A DNA stretch of 62,428 bases, counting the filler, from Choristocarpus tenellus KU-1152 (taxonomy: Eukaryota; Protista; Phaeophyceae): the NCBI GenBank assembly GCA_964200185.2. It is 10 parts of 10 records of this genome, joined end to end, with 100 filler letters (N's around TTAATTAATTAA, not from the genome) between each part and the next. Parts side by side here need not be neighbours in the genome. Positions count along the whole stretch, not along the records: positions 11,397 to 14,484 come from CAXNAD020022403.1; positions 14,585 to 17,767 come from CAXNAD020021722.1; positions 17,868 to 31,544 come from CAXNAD020001411.1; 7 more parts are not named here. One strand, 5' to 3'. The translations under genes and the position numbers were made by a program. The notes beneath the pieces are model-generated. The model did not search any database. It saw only the letters and a program-made list of their open reading frames with translations, and was not told where the DNA came from. This document shows, in pieces, positions 12,829 to 25,800 of this stretch; position 1 is the first letter of the stretch; each line of letters starts with the position of its first letter.

Positions 12829-14425
12829 GTGCCCCTAGAGGAGAGAAAACCCGTAAAGTCGGCGGGAATACTAGCTGAACCAGATGAACCAGCTAGGGAA
12901 TCTAGGAAGTTCAAGACCCTGTTAGCCACTGTGGCTGATAATGGCAAGGCGAGATTGGATGCTTTCGAAACGTGGTGTTTTGATTTGGGTGCTTCCAACA
13001 GTGTAACGAAAGACTCTAAGTACATGTATGACTTCACCACATGTCCACAAGGCCACAACATGACCGTGGGTGACGGCACATCACTACCCATTGTGGGGTA
13101 TGGCAAGATTGATTTGAATTTCAATGTTGGCCGCGATGAGTGGGTGCATGTTACTCTGTCGTCTGTTGCACTTGTCCCGAAAATAGCTTTCAATCTTCTC
13201 TCTTCACATTCTGCTAGTAGGGCTAAGGAAGTGAATAGCAATGATGGTGATGATGATGGGATGGATGAGGCCAAGGATAGCCAATGTGAAAGTGAGTTTA
13301 ATAATCTGTTGGTGCCATAAAGTGCCTTGACTAAACGCACAACCTTTCCAGATCATATACCACATCCATCACATAAAAGAACAGAGATCTCTTCACTAAT
13401 GTCTGCTTGGATAAAAGCTTGTTTCACATCCCAATGCTTCAATTGTCAATAGTCAAGGCACTTTATGGCACCAAACAGGCAAGCAGGAAGTTTAATAACC
13501 TGTTGGTGCACGTTTTGGAATAGTGTGGTTTTGAGCAATGCAGATCCTTTTGTGTTACGCTATGTAAGAGATGGCGTTGTTTGTGCTGTGATAGCCTCCC
13601 ACATAGATGATCTTTTGGTAGCTGGTAAAATGGATGTCTTGATTTGGGTTCGCTCTCGGATTAAGGAGCAGTTTTACATACAAGATTTTGGTGATCTTGA
13701 GTATTATATGGGTTGTGAGATTTCACGTGACAAAACTGCACAGACTGTCACCATCAGTCAGACTAGGTACATTAAGAATGTTTGTCAAAGATTTGGTATG
13801 GATGGGGCAAAGAAGAGGTCGGTACCCCATGATCTCTCAAGGACTCTAGACAAGAGTGAGAATAATCGAAGTATTGATGAAAATACACCGTACAGAGAGG
13901 CAGTTGGTAGTTTGATGTGGGCATCTGTTATGACTAGGCTTGATATTGCAAATGCAGTTCGTGAAGTTGCCAAGTACAGTAGCAATCCCAAAGTCACACA
14001 TTGGCGTGGAGGGAAATGTGTTTTAGCATATTTGAATACATGTCCCAGTGTTGGATTGAGTTTTGGTGGTATTAATACTGAGTGTGAGTTGAGGGCGTAT
14101 GCTGATGCTAGTTCTGCTTAAGACTGGAATGATCGTAGATCAGTGAGTGGAGGAGCAATATCTTGGATGTCAAAGGTACAAAGAGTTGTAGCTCTGTCTT
14201 CCACGGAGAGTGAATACATAGCTCTTAGTAGTGTGGCACAGGAATTACTTTTCTTGAGAAGTGTTTTTGAGTTTCTTCAGCCACAGTTTCCTAGGCGTTG
14301 CATTGACTTGTTTGAGGATAACGATGGTGCATGCAAACTAGTACGAAATGCCAGAAGCTCTACTAGAACAAAGCACATTGACGTCCGACATCATTTTTTG
14401 AGGGATTTATCTAGAAAAGGAGACA
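12829..14425 (+). mobile_element. Rearranged Ty1/Copia fragment (protease, RT, RNase H)
   Basis: Protease WCFDLGASNSVT; RT VKALYGTKQA, SHIDDLLV, YREAVGSLMW; RNase H YADA, SSTESEY, TKHIDVRHHF. Integrase is missing and an RT segment is inverted at ~13306-13443. Confidence 0.9.
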
Positions 14426-14484
14426 TGTTACAGGCGCCCCTCAATGCTCACCTTTCCAGGACGTACAACTCAAATCCAACGACC
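14426..14484. repeat. End of a Gypsy-family LTR joined to the Copia RNase H
   Basis: TGTTACAGGCGCCCCTCA...GTACAACTCAAATC matches the LTR terminus at 49971. Confidence 0.8.
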
Positions 14485-14584
14485 NNNNNNNNNNNNNNNN
14501 NNNNNNNNNNNNNNNNNNNNNNNNNNNNTTAATTAATTAANNNNNNNNNNNNNNNNNNNNNNNNNNNNNNNNNNNNNNNNNNNN

Positions 14585-14895
14585 CAGGGTGAGGAGCTAG
14601 CGAGGCATCCCACGAATCTAACAAGCCCCTCTTTGCCCATCTCCCTGGTGTCTCCAGCTTGAAGCGCATGACCCGTCTGTATAGGGCTACTACCTCTGTT
14701 GTGACAGACTATCTGTCGTAGATGGGATTTGATAGCCCCCTTCCTGCTATAATCTTTGACCCTCTCCCCCCTACGGCGTGTGTAGCTAACTCATTCAGAA
14801 AAATTTCCGCTTGCTTGCCAAGTCGCCCAAAACTTTCCACCACGAAGGTGTTGAGGTTATAGCTGTGAGGGTCAAAAGAGCCCTAATAGTGGGTT
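14585..14895 (-). mobile_element. 3' fragment of an RLE-type (CRE/NeSL-like) non-LTR retrotransposon
   Basis: Minus-strand translation SFDPHSYNLNTFVVESFGRLGKQAEIFLNELATH...HLRQIV..VTTEVVALYRRVMRFKL fits the C-terminal part of a restriction-like endonuclease domain. Confidence 0.6.
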
Positions 14896-15246
14896 ATATC
14901 CGCACACAAAACGTAAGTGTAACACCACTTACTTGTTCGACACATAATGCCGCTTTTTTATGGTAATTCGCACTCTTTTCCTGGCTAGCTTGGCTTTGTT
15001 TTGTCACCTGAGCTTCAGCAAATTCGCCAGACATAGAAATGTTTGGGAGTCGCTCGTCGTAGCCTATGATTAGGACCTTGTTCTTCAATGATTGGAGAGA
15101 CATTCTTCGAGGTTGAACAAAATAACCTCCAGGTGCTCCTGAGCGCCCAGGAGCAGCGATATGGAAGTGGAAATTTCTAGAGTTACCCATAAAAATGTAA
15201 ACACACGTACATTCCTCATTGGCGGCATCCTCTCCTTCTCTCTCCT

Positions 15247-16258
15247 ATGGTCCACATGATCAAATCGAGCTTGGCTACGTTGTTGGCGCTTTCTGTGCTC
15301 CCCGGGACCAGAGCGTTTGGACTTGGAAGTAGAACTACGAGTCTTGGACGTGTGAGTAGTCCACTACAACACTATGCAGCAACCGTTCAATCGTCATCAA
15401 CAGTCAAGATGAGCGGTGTCATTGTGGGTCGGGGACGAATCGGTACGGCCCTTTATGTGAGTATCCATAGAAAAAAATTAGCTTTGGACCTCGTCTTGGA
15501 GCTGAGGTAAATCCATTAGTAAGTGGGTGAGGTGTATACCAACACCTTCATGTCACATGTTACACATGATCTATGTCTCCAACCCTGATTCAGGCTTGGG
15601 ATTTTGTTTTGGCGTAAACAATGTTACTGTTCTGCGCAGTGAACAAGCCGTTCGACTCCCTGTTCCACTACAATTGCCTTTGTTGGTACTCTGCTGTCGG
15701 AGTGGACATTGACTTGGTCTCACCTACCCTCATTGCTGGACCAATTCGATTGACCTTGCTGGCAGGAGATGGGTGGCGGCAAGGATGTCCTCGTCGGAAG
15801 ATCTGATGCTATCCCAGAGGGTAATGGACCTATATACGTGAGTTACGGGTGGGAGTAAGTGGGTTGAATTCCAGGAAGGTGGAGGCGTGAGCCTCTTCCT
15901 TTCAAGAGATTGTCAGGAACTCCACGTATCTGCTGAAAGCCGTTCGATGCATTTCTTGAGGTAGAAAAGAGATCGCACAGCACTACCAGGAAGCAATGGT
16001 GCATGTCGCCAACTTGATTATACGTCTAATGCATTGAGCATGAAACAGTTGGTCAAGGTGATCATTGAGCGGTAGGCTGCTTGGAGACGTCACGTTTCCT
16101 ACCTCTTTATTGCGGCATTTTAGGTGTGTACTCGGAACGATGATCTGGAGGATGTCATATCGCGCACCCCTGACACGAGGAAAGCAGACCTGGTATTTCT
16201 TCAAAATGGGGTTCTGGGACCCATGCTGGAGCAAGCAGGTCTCGGGGACAACACACAG
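15247..16258 (+). CDS. Plastid-targeted conserved protein, At1g16080-like (Rossmann / ketopantoate-reductase-like N-terminus); exons 15247-15456, 15766-15837, 16124-16258; 3' exons not found
   Basis: Signal peptide ending TRA-F plus a Ser/Thr-rich transit peptide. GT-AG introns, all phase 0, give VIVGRGRIGTALY|EMGGGKDVLVGRSDAIPEGNGPIY|VCTRNDDLEDVISRTPDTRKADLVFLQNG. Confidence 0.8.
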
Positions 16259-17639
16259 GTACACCCAACAAGTTTCCTCAAAGACATGCTGTGTATGGAG
16301 ACATGCCCTTGCATGTTTTAGCTGGCATGACTCGACTCGACTTATCTTTTGGAAAGAGCAGTGCTGTAATTGTTGAAATACTCCTAGCAAATGTTGCAGG
16401 GTATGTGACGTTCAACCAAAGGAAAATATCCCTCCACTCGGCAGACACAGAATTGCTGCCTGGCAACAACAATGCGAAGATGTAAAAACTAGGAAGATCC
16501 TATTGTGTTCTCTTGGCGAATAAAGACATGATTACCCCCTTCCGAGGCTTAGTCTTAGATTTGGTCTAAGGGACCTGCAAGATAGGGACTTGGAACCCAC
16601 GTTTTACACTACTTCATGGTACCACTACATGCATACTTAGCTCTCCCCCCTAGAAACCTCTATGAGTGAGCTCAACAAATGTTAAGCAAAAAACGAATGA
16701 CTGATGCCTTACCAAGGAGTTGCACACATGTATTGTTGTCGCTGAGCAAGAGCTGCAGCTATGTATGTACTCTTTGAAAAACCCATTTTGTACGCAATGC
16801 ATGATATCTGCAAGTGAGAGAGGTTTCCGTTGCACGTACTCCACATGCAGCGCCAATCAAAGGGAGTCTGTATCCGACTTCAATGTGCCGGAAGGCATTT
16901 GTCAGACCCCTCATCTACGTTTGTGGTTAGCATCAAAGACTACCGCTCTTTTTTGTAGTGCTGCCTTGACAGTTATTCACGTATATATTATTGTATTCAG
17001 TATCCACCGCTTAAGAGTTAACAGGTATCAATGCAAGTGACAGTCTTTCATTTAATATTTTTTGTTTGATCTATGAAACCTACGTATGTACTCGTAGCAA
17101 GCACGTGCTGAATGTTTGACCAGCAGGTCCCTACGTATCTCCTGGTCTCGGTGATGAACACTATCGATTAGACTGATACGTAAGTAAATTAAATCATTCT
17201 CGTAATTGCTTAGCTGTATCTAAGAACCTGTTTTGCCGTTGTGATGACAGACCCTGCGTGGTAGGAACTAGTACGTGTCAATCGATGCGTTTGAAAGGCG
17301 TCTATCTACCCGATAGCATCCCATTTCATACAAAAGAAGACAGCGCGAGTATTAGAGTGCTTGCTAGGTGGACCAAATTCAACAACCATCCCATTTCTTC
17401 CGTTACGTGATCGCTATTGCTATATATCCAAGCAGGAACAAGTGGTAGGTATTATTATTGGACACCTCTGAAGACAGGAAAATGACTGGTGAAGTAGTTC
17501 CACGCGCCCAGACTACCAGGATTCATTCTGCTTTACATTTGTTCCCTTTGTCCCAGGGGTCTCTGAATAGAGGATCTGTCTCATTGTGCTATACTGCCTC
17601 TCTTGTACACCATCATAGTGCACGCACCTCGCCCCCCCC

Positions 17640-17681
<42 letters not shown>

Positions 17682-19830
17682 TATATATATATCTTTGGCG
17701 TAATTCCATTTCACAGACCTCTACCAGACACGTATATTCAAGGATAGTCCTTGACGTTGCCCATCCCNNNNNNNNNNNNNNNNNNNNNNNNNNNNNNNNN
17801 NNNNNNNNNNNTTAATTAATTAANNNNNNNNNNNNNNNNNNNNNNNNNNNNNNNNNNNNNNNNNNNNTGGAAGAGCCTAATCGAACATAGCATGCTCACA
17901 GAAAATATTCAAGATGTACCCTTTCCCTTTCCTCCTAGTGCTGCTGGAGCACCGCACCTGATAGCTGACAGATCTTTCCTTCTCCCCATTTCCCCCCAGC
18001 ACAGCTCCCTCGAGTTAACCCCGCCACACTCCACCGCTGTCCCTTTCCTCTCGATTCTACTGGAGCCCAGTGGGTACTAACTGGCGGGACTCCCCTATTC
18101 TTCCCTTTCCGCAACCATTTAATATATGCAGAGAATACGCATCTCAAACGAACACACATCCTACGATTGTCCTGTTGAGCAATCTTTTTGTTGAGTACTC
18201 CCGTTTCTCGCCTGCAACAATGATGATAGACTACTATCTACCTTCCAAGATCAACCTGAGAGACGGCAGGTCTCTCACATGCACAGGGCTCTAAAGTAAG
18301 AAATAGATTGCCATGTGAAGACTAGGGAAGTTTCAAGCACACAACAAGAGGATGTTGCAAGGGGCACCCAGGAGAGAAAGAAGTAGGATAGTAGAGTGCC
18401 TTCACCTAGCGTTCGTCTGACCACTTTATATACACGCAGAAACATATATGGAGCACAGGGTTACACTCATTCCCATTTTCGTCCTTGTGGTTGCGCTGAT
18501 TAGAGTGTGTACCCCACAGCTACCATTACCAATGTTTGCACGCGTGGGAAGTTCCAAAGAAGTGGCTTTTCACCCCCATGTACCCATAGAGACTTTAATA
18601 AAACCCTCGCCACACTGTTTTTCGAGTGACAGGAATTAGGTTGCAAGAACGTTAGTTTTAGTCAATACAATTGTATACAAATTCCACTCCCTTGCAGCTA
18701 GAAAAAAACAGATTGCTTTGAGAACAATGAGTATGAAGGGCCATTATCTTCATCATGAGATTGCAGATTCGTCGATTGAGAGATACGTATGATAGTCAGG
18801 GGAAATATCCAACTGGTAGAGATATCTGCTACATTTTCATTGCCAAACTGCTTGAGCATCCAACTCTTCTACACTTCCTACAGAACGCTGGTTCTTGAGG
18901 TGTCTTCATTTTTCGGTCAGCACCGATCTTAAGACTGCATTTTGACCTGCTTACTTACATGTGTGATTGGATTCAAGTGCAGCGATGGACACTGTCATCG
19001 TTTCTGGCAGATTGAACCAAGCGTCAACGGCACCAAGGCCAGTGAGTGATCTTTCTCTTGGGAGTATCCGAAGTGTGATGCAATAGTAATGTCTTTAGAA
19101 TCAATATTAATTTATGATGGTAATGTACTCTAAGCAGAAAAACTCAACTAAAGTGGAGAAGGTCATGAACGTGTCTGGATCATGTTTGCTTGCCCCTGCT
19201 TACACAAGATCCTTCTCGTTCTCTACCTAGTTTGCACCTACCAAAACTTAATATCATTCCATAGCCAACACCAATGGGCGCACAATACGCTAAGCACAAC
19301 TCAAAGAGTCGGTATCTCTCTGGCATCTGCTCACTTTGTTGTAACCCTTAACAGCATGCGTGCACAGAGTCATCAAAACGAAATACTATCATTGTCCTGG
19401 TCAAACAGCAAGCCATATACAGACTTTCCTCAGGACCTCATGCATAGCACTATTGTACAAGAGCAATAATGTTCTACTCTGAACCTGGACAATATGTAGT
19501 ACATAATTTCCAAGAATAATAGAAGCCACATGGTGGAAAGTGTCCACATATGTAGGTCTGTCCCTGAATCACCATAATACACGCTGCATATACAGAGACG
19601 CGCGTAAGCGATGTAAAGAGTCAACCAGTCAAAAACATGTCGTAACTCAACTGAAAACATTGCACAACTACATTACTTACACCTAAAATCTTATTCTAGG
19701 ACTTGGAGCGCCCCATTGTAGCCACTCACATCCTGTTGTTAAAGGTTTTAGCCCTCTCAAAAAAGTTTACAATAGTCTGAGCTCTAGGGCCTGCTGCTTC
19801 CTACCTGTCATACAAGGGATTCTGTTAGTT

Positions 19831-22800
19831 TTATGCAGAATTTATCCGCTCATCTACAACCTTGAGCAAAAGCTCTACAAGAGCCACTAGGGCAAACGTA
19901 GGGTGTAGCCCTGCTCCAGTGTCAGTAGGTATAACTTCAGATGTGACAGTTGTGTTGCCAGTGGAGCATCTCTCAATACCACCACAATCACCCTCCACAG
20001 TGCAATCCATGGCATAAGTTGTCCTGCTGCCACGACTCCGTGCTGGACCAACCCTTTGGCTTCCATCAGCATTGAACACTTGCCTTAGAAATCTACTCGA
20101 CATAATTGGAGCCGCCTTTACAACAAACCCGATTTTTCCACCTACATGTGGTGGATAACTTGCACTGTCTTCAGATAGGTCAACTTCTTCTGAAAGTGAT
20201 CCACTAGGACGGGATACCTCATCATAGCCTGGTGCTCTTTCTTCCTTTGCAGACAAGATCCGCTGACCTTGCTCACATAGGAATGACATAACCGTTGCAA
20301 TGCAAAGGCTTTCCACAAACTCGAAGGTGAAAGGAATGATTATCAGTGGCATGACCACAGCTAGGCCGTGTGGTAGATAAGACAGATCCACGCCTCTGAT
20401 ACTGCAAAACAACCTGGTGGGTATCAGATATCATCCATGGGTCAAATAGTCAGACTTAGATATGTGTTCTGGCCACGTTCCACTCAGTAGCAGTAATTGA
20501 AAGGAATTTTGAAGATGATTAGATTATTTGCTCTGAGCAAGGTGAGATATAGGACATATACCTGACATACCTGAGGGCAGTGGGGCACAAAAAACCCCGA
20601 GAGTGATGGGACCTGTGCCGAAGTTGCCTCTTCCTATGTAGAGCCTTGATATGCAATATCTTTCTGTAGGATACATCTCGTACAGTAGATCATCAACCAT
20701 CCAGAATAAATAAAGAATTTCTTCCACTCTATTCGCAAAAACAGCAATTTTATGGGTTGATTCTTGCGGATTATAGTAGTCTTATGGAATATAGTCATTT
20801 TATCCTGTGCCTTGCTTTGAAGCACACACTAGTAGAGCTTATATTGGTGTATCCAAAGGATTTTTATGTAATAAGTGAGGACTCTCTTCCAGAACATGGT
20901 AGTTTCACTTGTTCTTGTTTTCAAACACGCTACTAGTAGAAGGACTCTTGTTGGTGTATCCGAAGGGCTTTCCTCTGACAAACACATGACTGTCGGGTTT
21001 TTTTTGTAATATTCTCTCTTGCGTTCCTTCCTTCTTTTCCCCTACATGATCAGAATCTCCAATTTGTCATTGAACATAATAAAATGATATAGAAGCTTGC
21101 CTACCTCCTCACGTGCAGGACTAAGCTAGGTTGGGGGCACAGGAGGGCAGGGGTGTCGTATAGCTATTAGCAGAACAGTAAATTGAAAAATGTCTATCAC
21201 ATTTACATCAACTATTACTTTTATAGGGGTTGTTCTGACATTCAAATGTTTTTTCATTGGTTTTCCCCCAGACACATCTGCAAAACGTCGAAGGCTATAA
21301 TAATAAAAATATAGAAATGTCTTCGTCAACAGGAGGAATGAACATGTAGGGTGACCACAATCTGATTCTTTGTGAAAAATCGGGGACGAATTATATTTAT
21401 AATTTCCCGCAAGTCTTCCACCACATAACTGTGAGGAAAAGAGAGAAAAGTTCAGCTTCTACAGTCTGTACAACTCATCATCTCTACGAAAGGAAGGATC
21501 GATAGGGTAATTTTTTTTTGTTCATACTCCAGTTTTCCATCCTGGTCCCAAAAACACTCGAGGGTTATGCTAATAATGGTAATTGTAGTTAATTTCTTCA
21601 AGAAAAATTATTTTATATTGTAGCACAAAATAATAGGATTTCAGTTTACTTTGTGCAACCCAGAAGAACGGCATTATAGTAACTTGTGGGACAGCTTAAA
21701 TATCTAATGTGTTCTGAAATTGTGTCCAGGGGTTCTGTGCGATTTGCGAGGTCATTTTATTAGTACTGATGCAGGACCTGGGATCACTCCTGGACAAACG
21801 AAATTACATGGTTTCTGCTGCCCTTCAACAGTGTGGCATATTTACACCAACAAAATTACACAACTGTCCGTCCATACCACTCAACTGACTGGTGATCGAA
21901 CAGAAAGCGGTCCTGACAACTAGCACCAGAAGTTAATTGTATGTAAACGCTTTTTTTCTACAAGGCATCTGGGTGGAAACAACGACGTGAACAACATGTT
22001 TCTACGCAGGATGAGCTTGTGAGCTACTGCTGGCTCTATTTAATTGATCTCTTCGCTCCAACGGATAAATATGTACAATTCAACACGAAAAAAGGGTTCG
22101 TCACCTTCAAAAGATATCTCGTATCTATCCCAGAAGACCAGATGGTTAGTGATTGTTTTGTCGTTTGTTGTGTGTAACCAACGCAAGTTTTTCTTTAATG
22201 TAATTTTATGTCATTTATCACCACCAATAGCAATACTCTGTATGTTGTTATCCATCCCTATATCTCTGGTTTTGCAAATAAGTATTTCTGACTGTCAACA
22301 CGTGTGTTGAATTTCCACCCCACATTTGAGACGAAGCCATCATTTCCGTTTATTACATGTGACCTGTCGAACCAGCAATTGGATTTCGGGATAACATTGA
22401 CAAAACTAGAAATTACACCGATTATTATATATTATTATCCCCTCGACACATCTGTAAAATGTCAAACAGTTGTAGAATTATTACTTATCACTGAAGGACG
22501 ATATGCTTAGCACGAAGGGAGGGACTTGGCAAGGGCCTTATAATCACAGTACGGTCATATTTCATGATGCCAACATAATAAATGGGTTCAATGGATTGGA
22601 ACCAATAAAAGGTCCAAGCCCACCCATTTTTTCTTCTCAGCAGGAATTGGAAAATCTCTACCTCTCACACTGGTGATGATTCGTCTATTATCGTGATGAA
22701 AGAAGTCCGTTTTCTTTGACTATGAACTCTGTGTGTACAGCGCATACTTTTTTCTCACACCGTTCTTGCCAACAGGTACTTGTAGGTATTTGTCAAACAC

Positions 22801-25800
22801 AACACTCATTCTTGTGCTACTTCAGGCAGAGATCAGTGGTTTGTGAATTCTCGAAGAATTGCACAAAGGCCTACTTACACAACTCTGAAATATTCCTTGA
22901 CTGATCATATTTTATTGAGATTGTAGCACTTGATATTTGTGGATTAGAGGAGTTCTCCGACTCCGGAATAATTTGATGGATTAACATGTTTACTCGACAG
23001 CGATTCATTTTGTCCATGTCTGTATCCTGTGGCGCACCTTATGGAGATAATGATACCAAGAGCCCCTGTGACATGCCCTGGGGCAAGGACAGCATGTAGC
23101 GGCCATATAAACATGCTCACAGTGAAGAGAGTGCCTGTAATAACTGAGGTGAGTCCTGTACGTCCCCCCGCGAAAACTGTTACAATTGTCTCGATCGAGG
23201 CTGCCTGGGTCGTCACCCCAAGAACGTTACCCATCATTGACAGCGCAGGAATGATGGTACCCATGACCCGGACCTTAAAGGTTGTGGTAGCAAGGGGGGA
23301 GGGGGGACATTTTATCAGAGATATCAGGTGGAAGGTAACGTATTGCCAGAATAAGTGACGTAAAAGTAAGATGAGTTGGTCAGGAAATCATCCTGAGTCC
23401 AAGTTCTTCCTATGATTGATGTCTGAGACTCAAATTGTCAGACAAACAGTGCAATGTGATATGCTTGCATTTGTACACTTCATGTTGCGACAACTAGACA
23501 AGGCGCGGAGGATGGAGCTTAGAAAAAGGGTATGCAACAACAATACACACCTTCTTGGAAAGGTCAACGGCCTTGTGGTCATCACTCTCGGCCATGTCCT
23601 CAAAAACCTTGGGCATGTCCTATTATTTGAGGTACAGCACAAGTGGCAAGGAGAGATGGTGGATGGCACTCATACTGTGAAAGGAGCTTTATGTGGAGCC
23701 TAAGACCGGGATTCTGTCAACTAATGGCGTGCAGATAGCGGGCCAATCATGATGCCCAAGGAGTTGAGTTCAACAGAGAAGGCTTTAGACCTAAAAAAGG
23801 GTGTGGCAATGTTACTAAATTCTCCCACCTGTTGCCAAATGACATCCGCTAGAATGAGAAGTATGCTTGTCATGTTGATCACAACGCTGAAGGATGTTCT
23901 CAAAATGTAGAACCAGTATTGTCTATCCTCTGAGAGGTCACTGAACGAAATCAGCCCCACCGTCCCCTCATTCCACTCAGAGACTGGTGAGAGATTGGAA
24001 TAGTCCTGAAACCTTGAGTGCTCGTTAACTGCATACACAGTTATGGACACAGCAAGTGGGAGTCCAATTGTCACAGGCCACTTTATTCTTGTGGGCCACG
24101 ATATGCAACTGCCAGTGATGGCAAGGAGTCCCAGAGCCTGAGGGCGGGGTAATATTTGTATTTTTCACAACTTAATGTTGCCTTGCGTGCCCAAAGTACA
24201 TTTAAATCATGTGAGAAATCATATATATTAGCCCAGATGTTGAACAGCAACCCCCAAATAATCGAGCAAGAATATCGCTACTGAAATGCCAACATCTAGA
24301 AGACCAAATACGTAGAAATATAGCTGAAGGTTTGTATGGGAAGAGTCGTGGGATAATGAGGTGATTCAAGTAGCGTGAATAGATGTTTGCCGCTTATGCA
24401 CCAGTGATGGACACAAGTAGAGAAGAGTATATAGATCATTATTTACTCTCAGTAGTTCTTTTCGACACCATGCCCAACAAAGTGATCCCAACTGCAAGAT
24501 AATGGTTTGACGTATCAACATTGGTTGGACCAATCAAGTATTGTGAGCAAACCACACATATGAAGTCAAAGAGACATTTCATCTTACTCATTATACGCAA
24601 GAAGACGGTTCCGGGTAGACTCACAAGCTGCCATGTAAGCTTTGGGAGCCCAGAGCCATCAGCAACCAGGAGCCCCATGCTGCGCCCCCCAAGAACGCTG
24701 AAGAGAATTGATATCCCACAGCTCGCTCCCACCCTCAGAGAAGTCGGTATACGAGGCATAAGACACAGTCGAAGTGCTGATCCCATCACCACAGCTGCAA
24801 ATAGGTTGGACAAGAACTGTGCAGCCAGGATGCCACCAACAGACAAACTGAGGTGTAGTGTTTAGGACAGCGAGGATGTAGATAATGGAGATATTAAGAA
24901 AAAAATGTTGGAGGGATTACCAAATATGTAAAAACATTCACATCGTACCACCATGTTTTCCTTCAGCCACCATTTCTCTTCCTGGTCTTGTCAGTGCCGA
25001 TTTTTCGTTGCTAGTGTATCTGCAGTAGAAGAGGTCCCCCTTTTCTGAACGCTGCTAAGGTATGAATTGTGAGCGAGTTGTGATGTCTCTGATAATGTAG
25101 TACAACGACCATAAACTCCTTTAATACATAGGAAAACATCTCCAGTATTTGAATTGTGCACCATACTCAGGGTACATAATGGATGCACTTCAAAGTGCAA
25201 CATATTTTTCTCTGAGTCCGGGTGCAGTAAGTGCTATCGATTCGTTCATTGAAGGTAGACAAAGGGGAAATTATGGTTGAGAGTAAAGGAGCCCTGACCA
25301 TTGATGATAAGGTAAGTTTTGGTAATTAATTTTATTGGTCGCTTTTTATGCATGTGAACCAAAAGGTACAGGATAGACTGCATACCTGCGGCACTTGCTA
25401 TCTTGGAGTTATTTTCAAATTATGGAACGTCAATCCCTGCATATGACAATCACCACATTTGCAAACTCATACTACTCATTGAGTAGGTGAAATATTAGAG
25501 CACTCTATACCAATAAGAGAAGTACAAGAAAGATTAGTACAATGCATGGATATGCCAACCACTACATAGGATTATTTGATATTCAAGAACAATTCATCAC
25601 TACCTATATTCCTGGTGGCACAATTGCTGATCAGAAGTATCGTATGGGTTGAGGATACCAAAAAGCAGCAACATCCCTGAAACTAACGTAGAGCATTGCT
25701 TACATCCCCTCTTGATTAGAGGTGGCGGAGCACATAGCACATTGACATGAAATTAATGTTTCACCATATGTACAGTTGGACTCTAGACCTCTACCTAAAT

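Noticed and set aside
21347-21390. TAGGGTGACCA...GGGGAC, resembling a hAT (Blackjack-type) terminus
   Set aside because: No convincing matching inverted end with an 8-bp TSD was found.
24439-24624. Extra AzgA exon or retained intron (YLIGPTNVDTSNHYLAVGITLLG)
   Set aside because: There is no AG acceptor directly before it, and direct splicing 24625 to 24137 is already in frame. It cannot be supported without transcripts.
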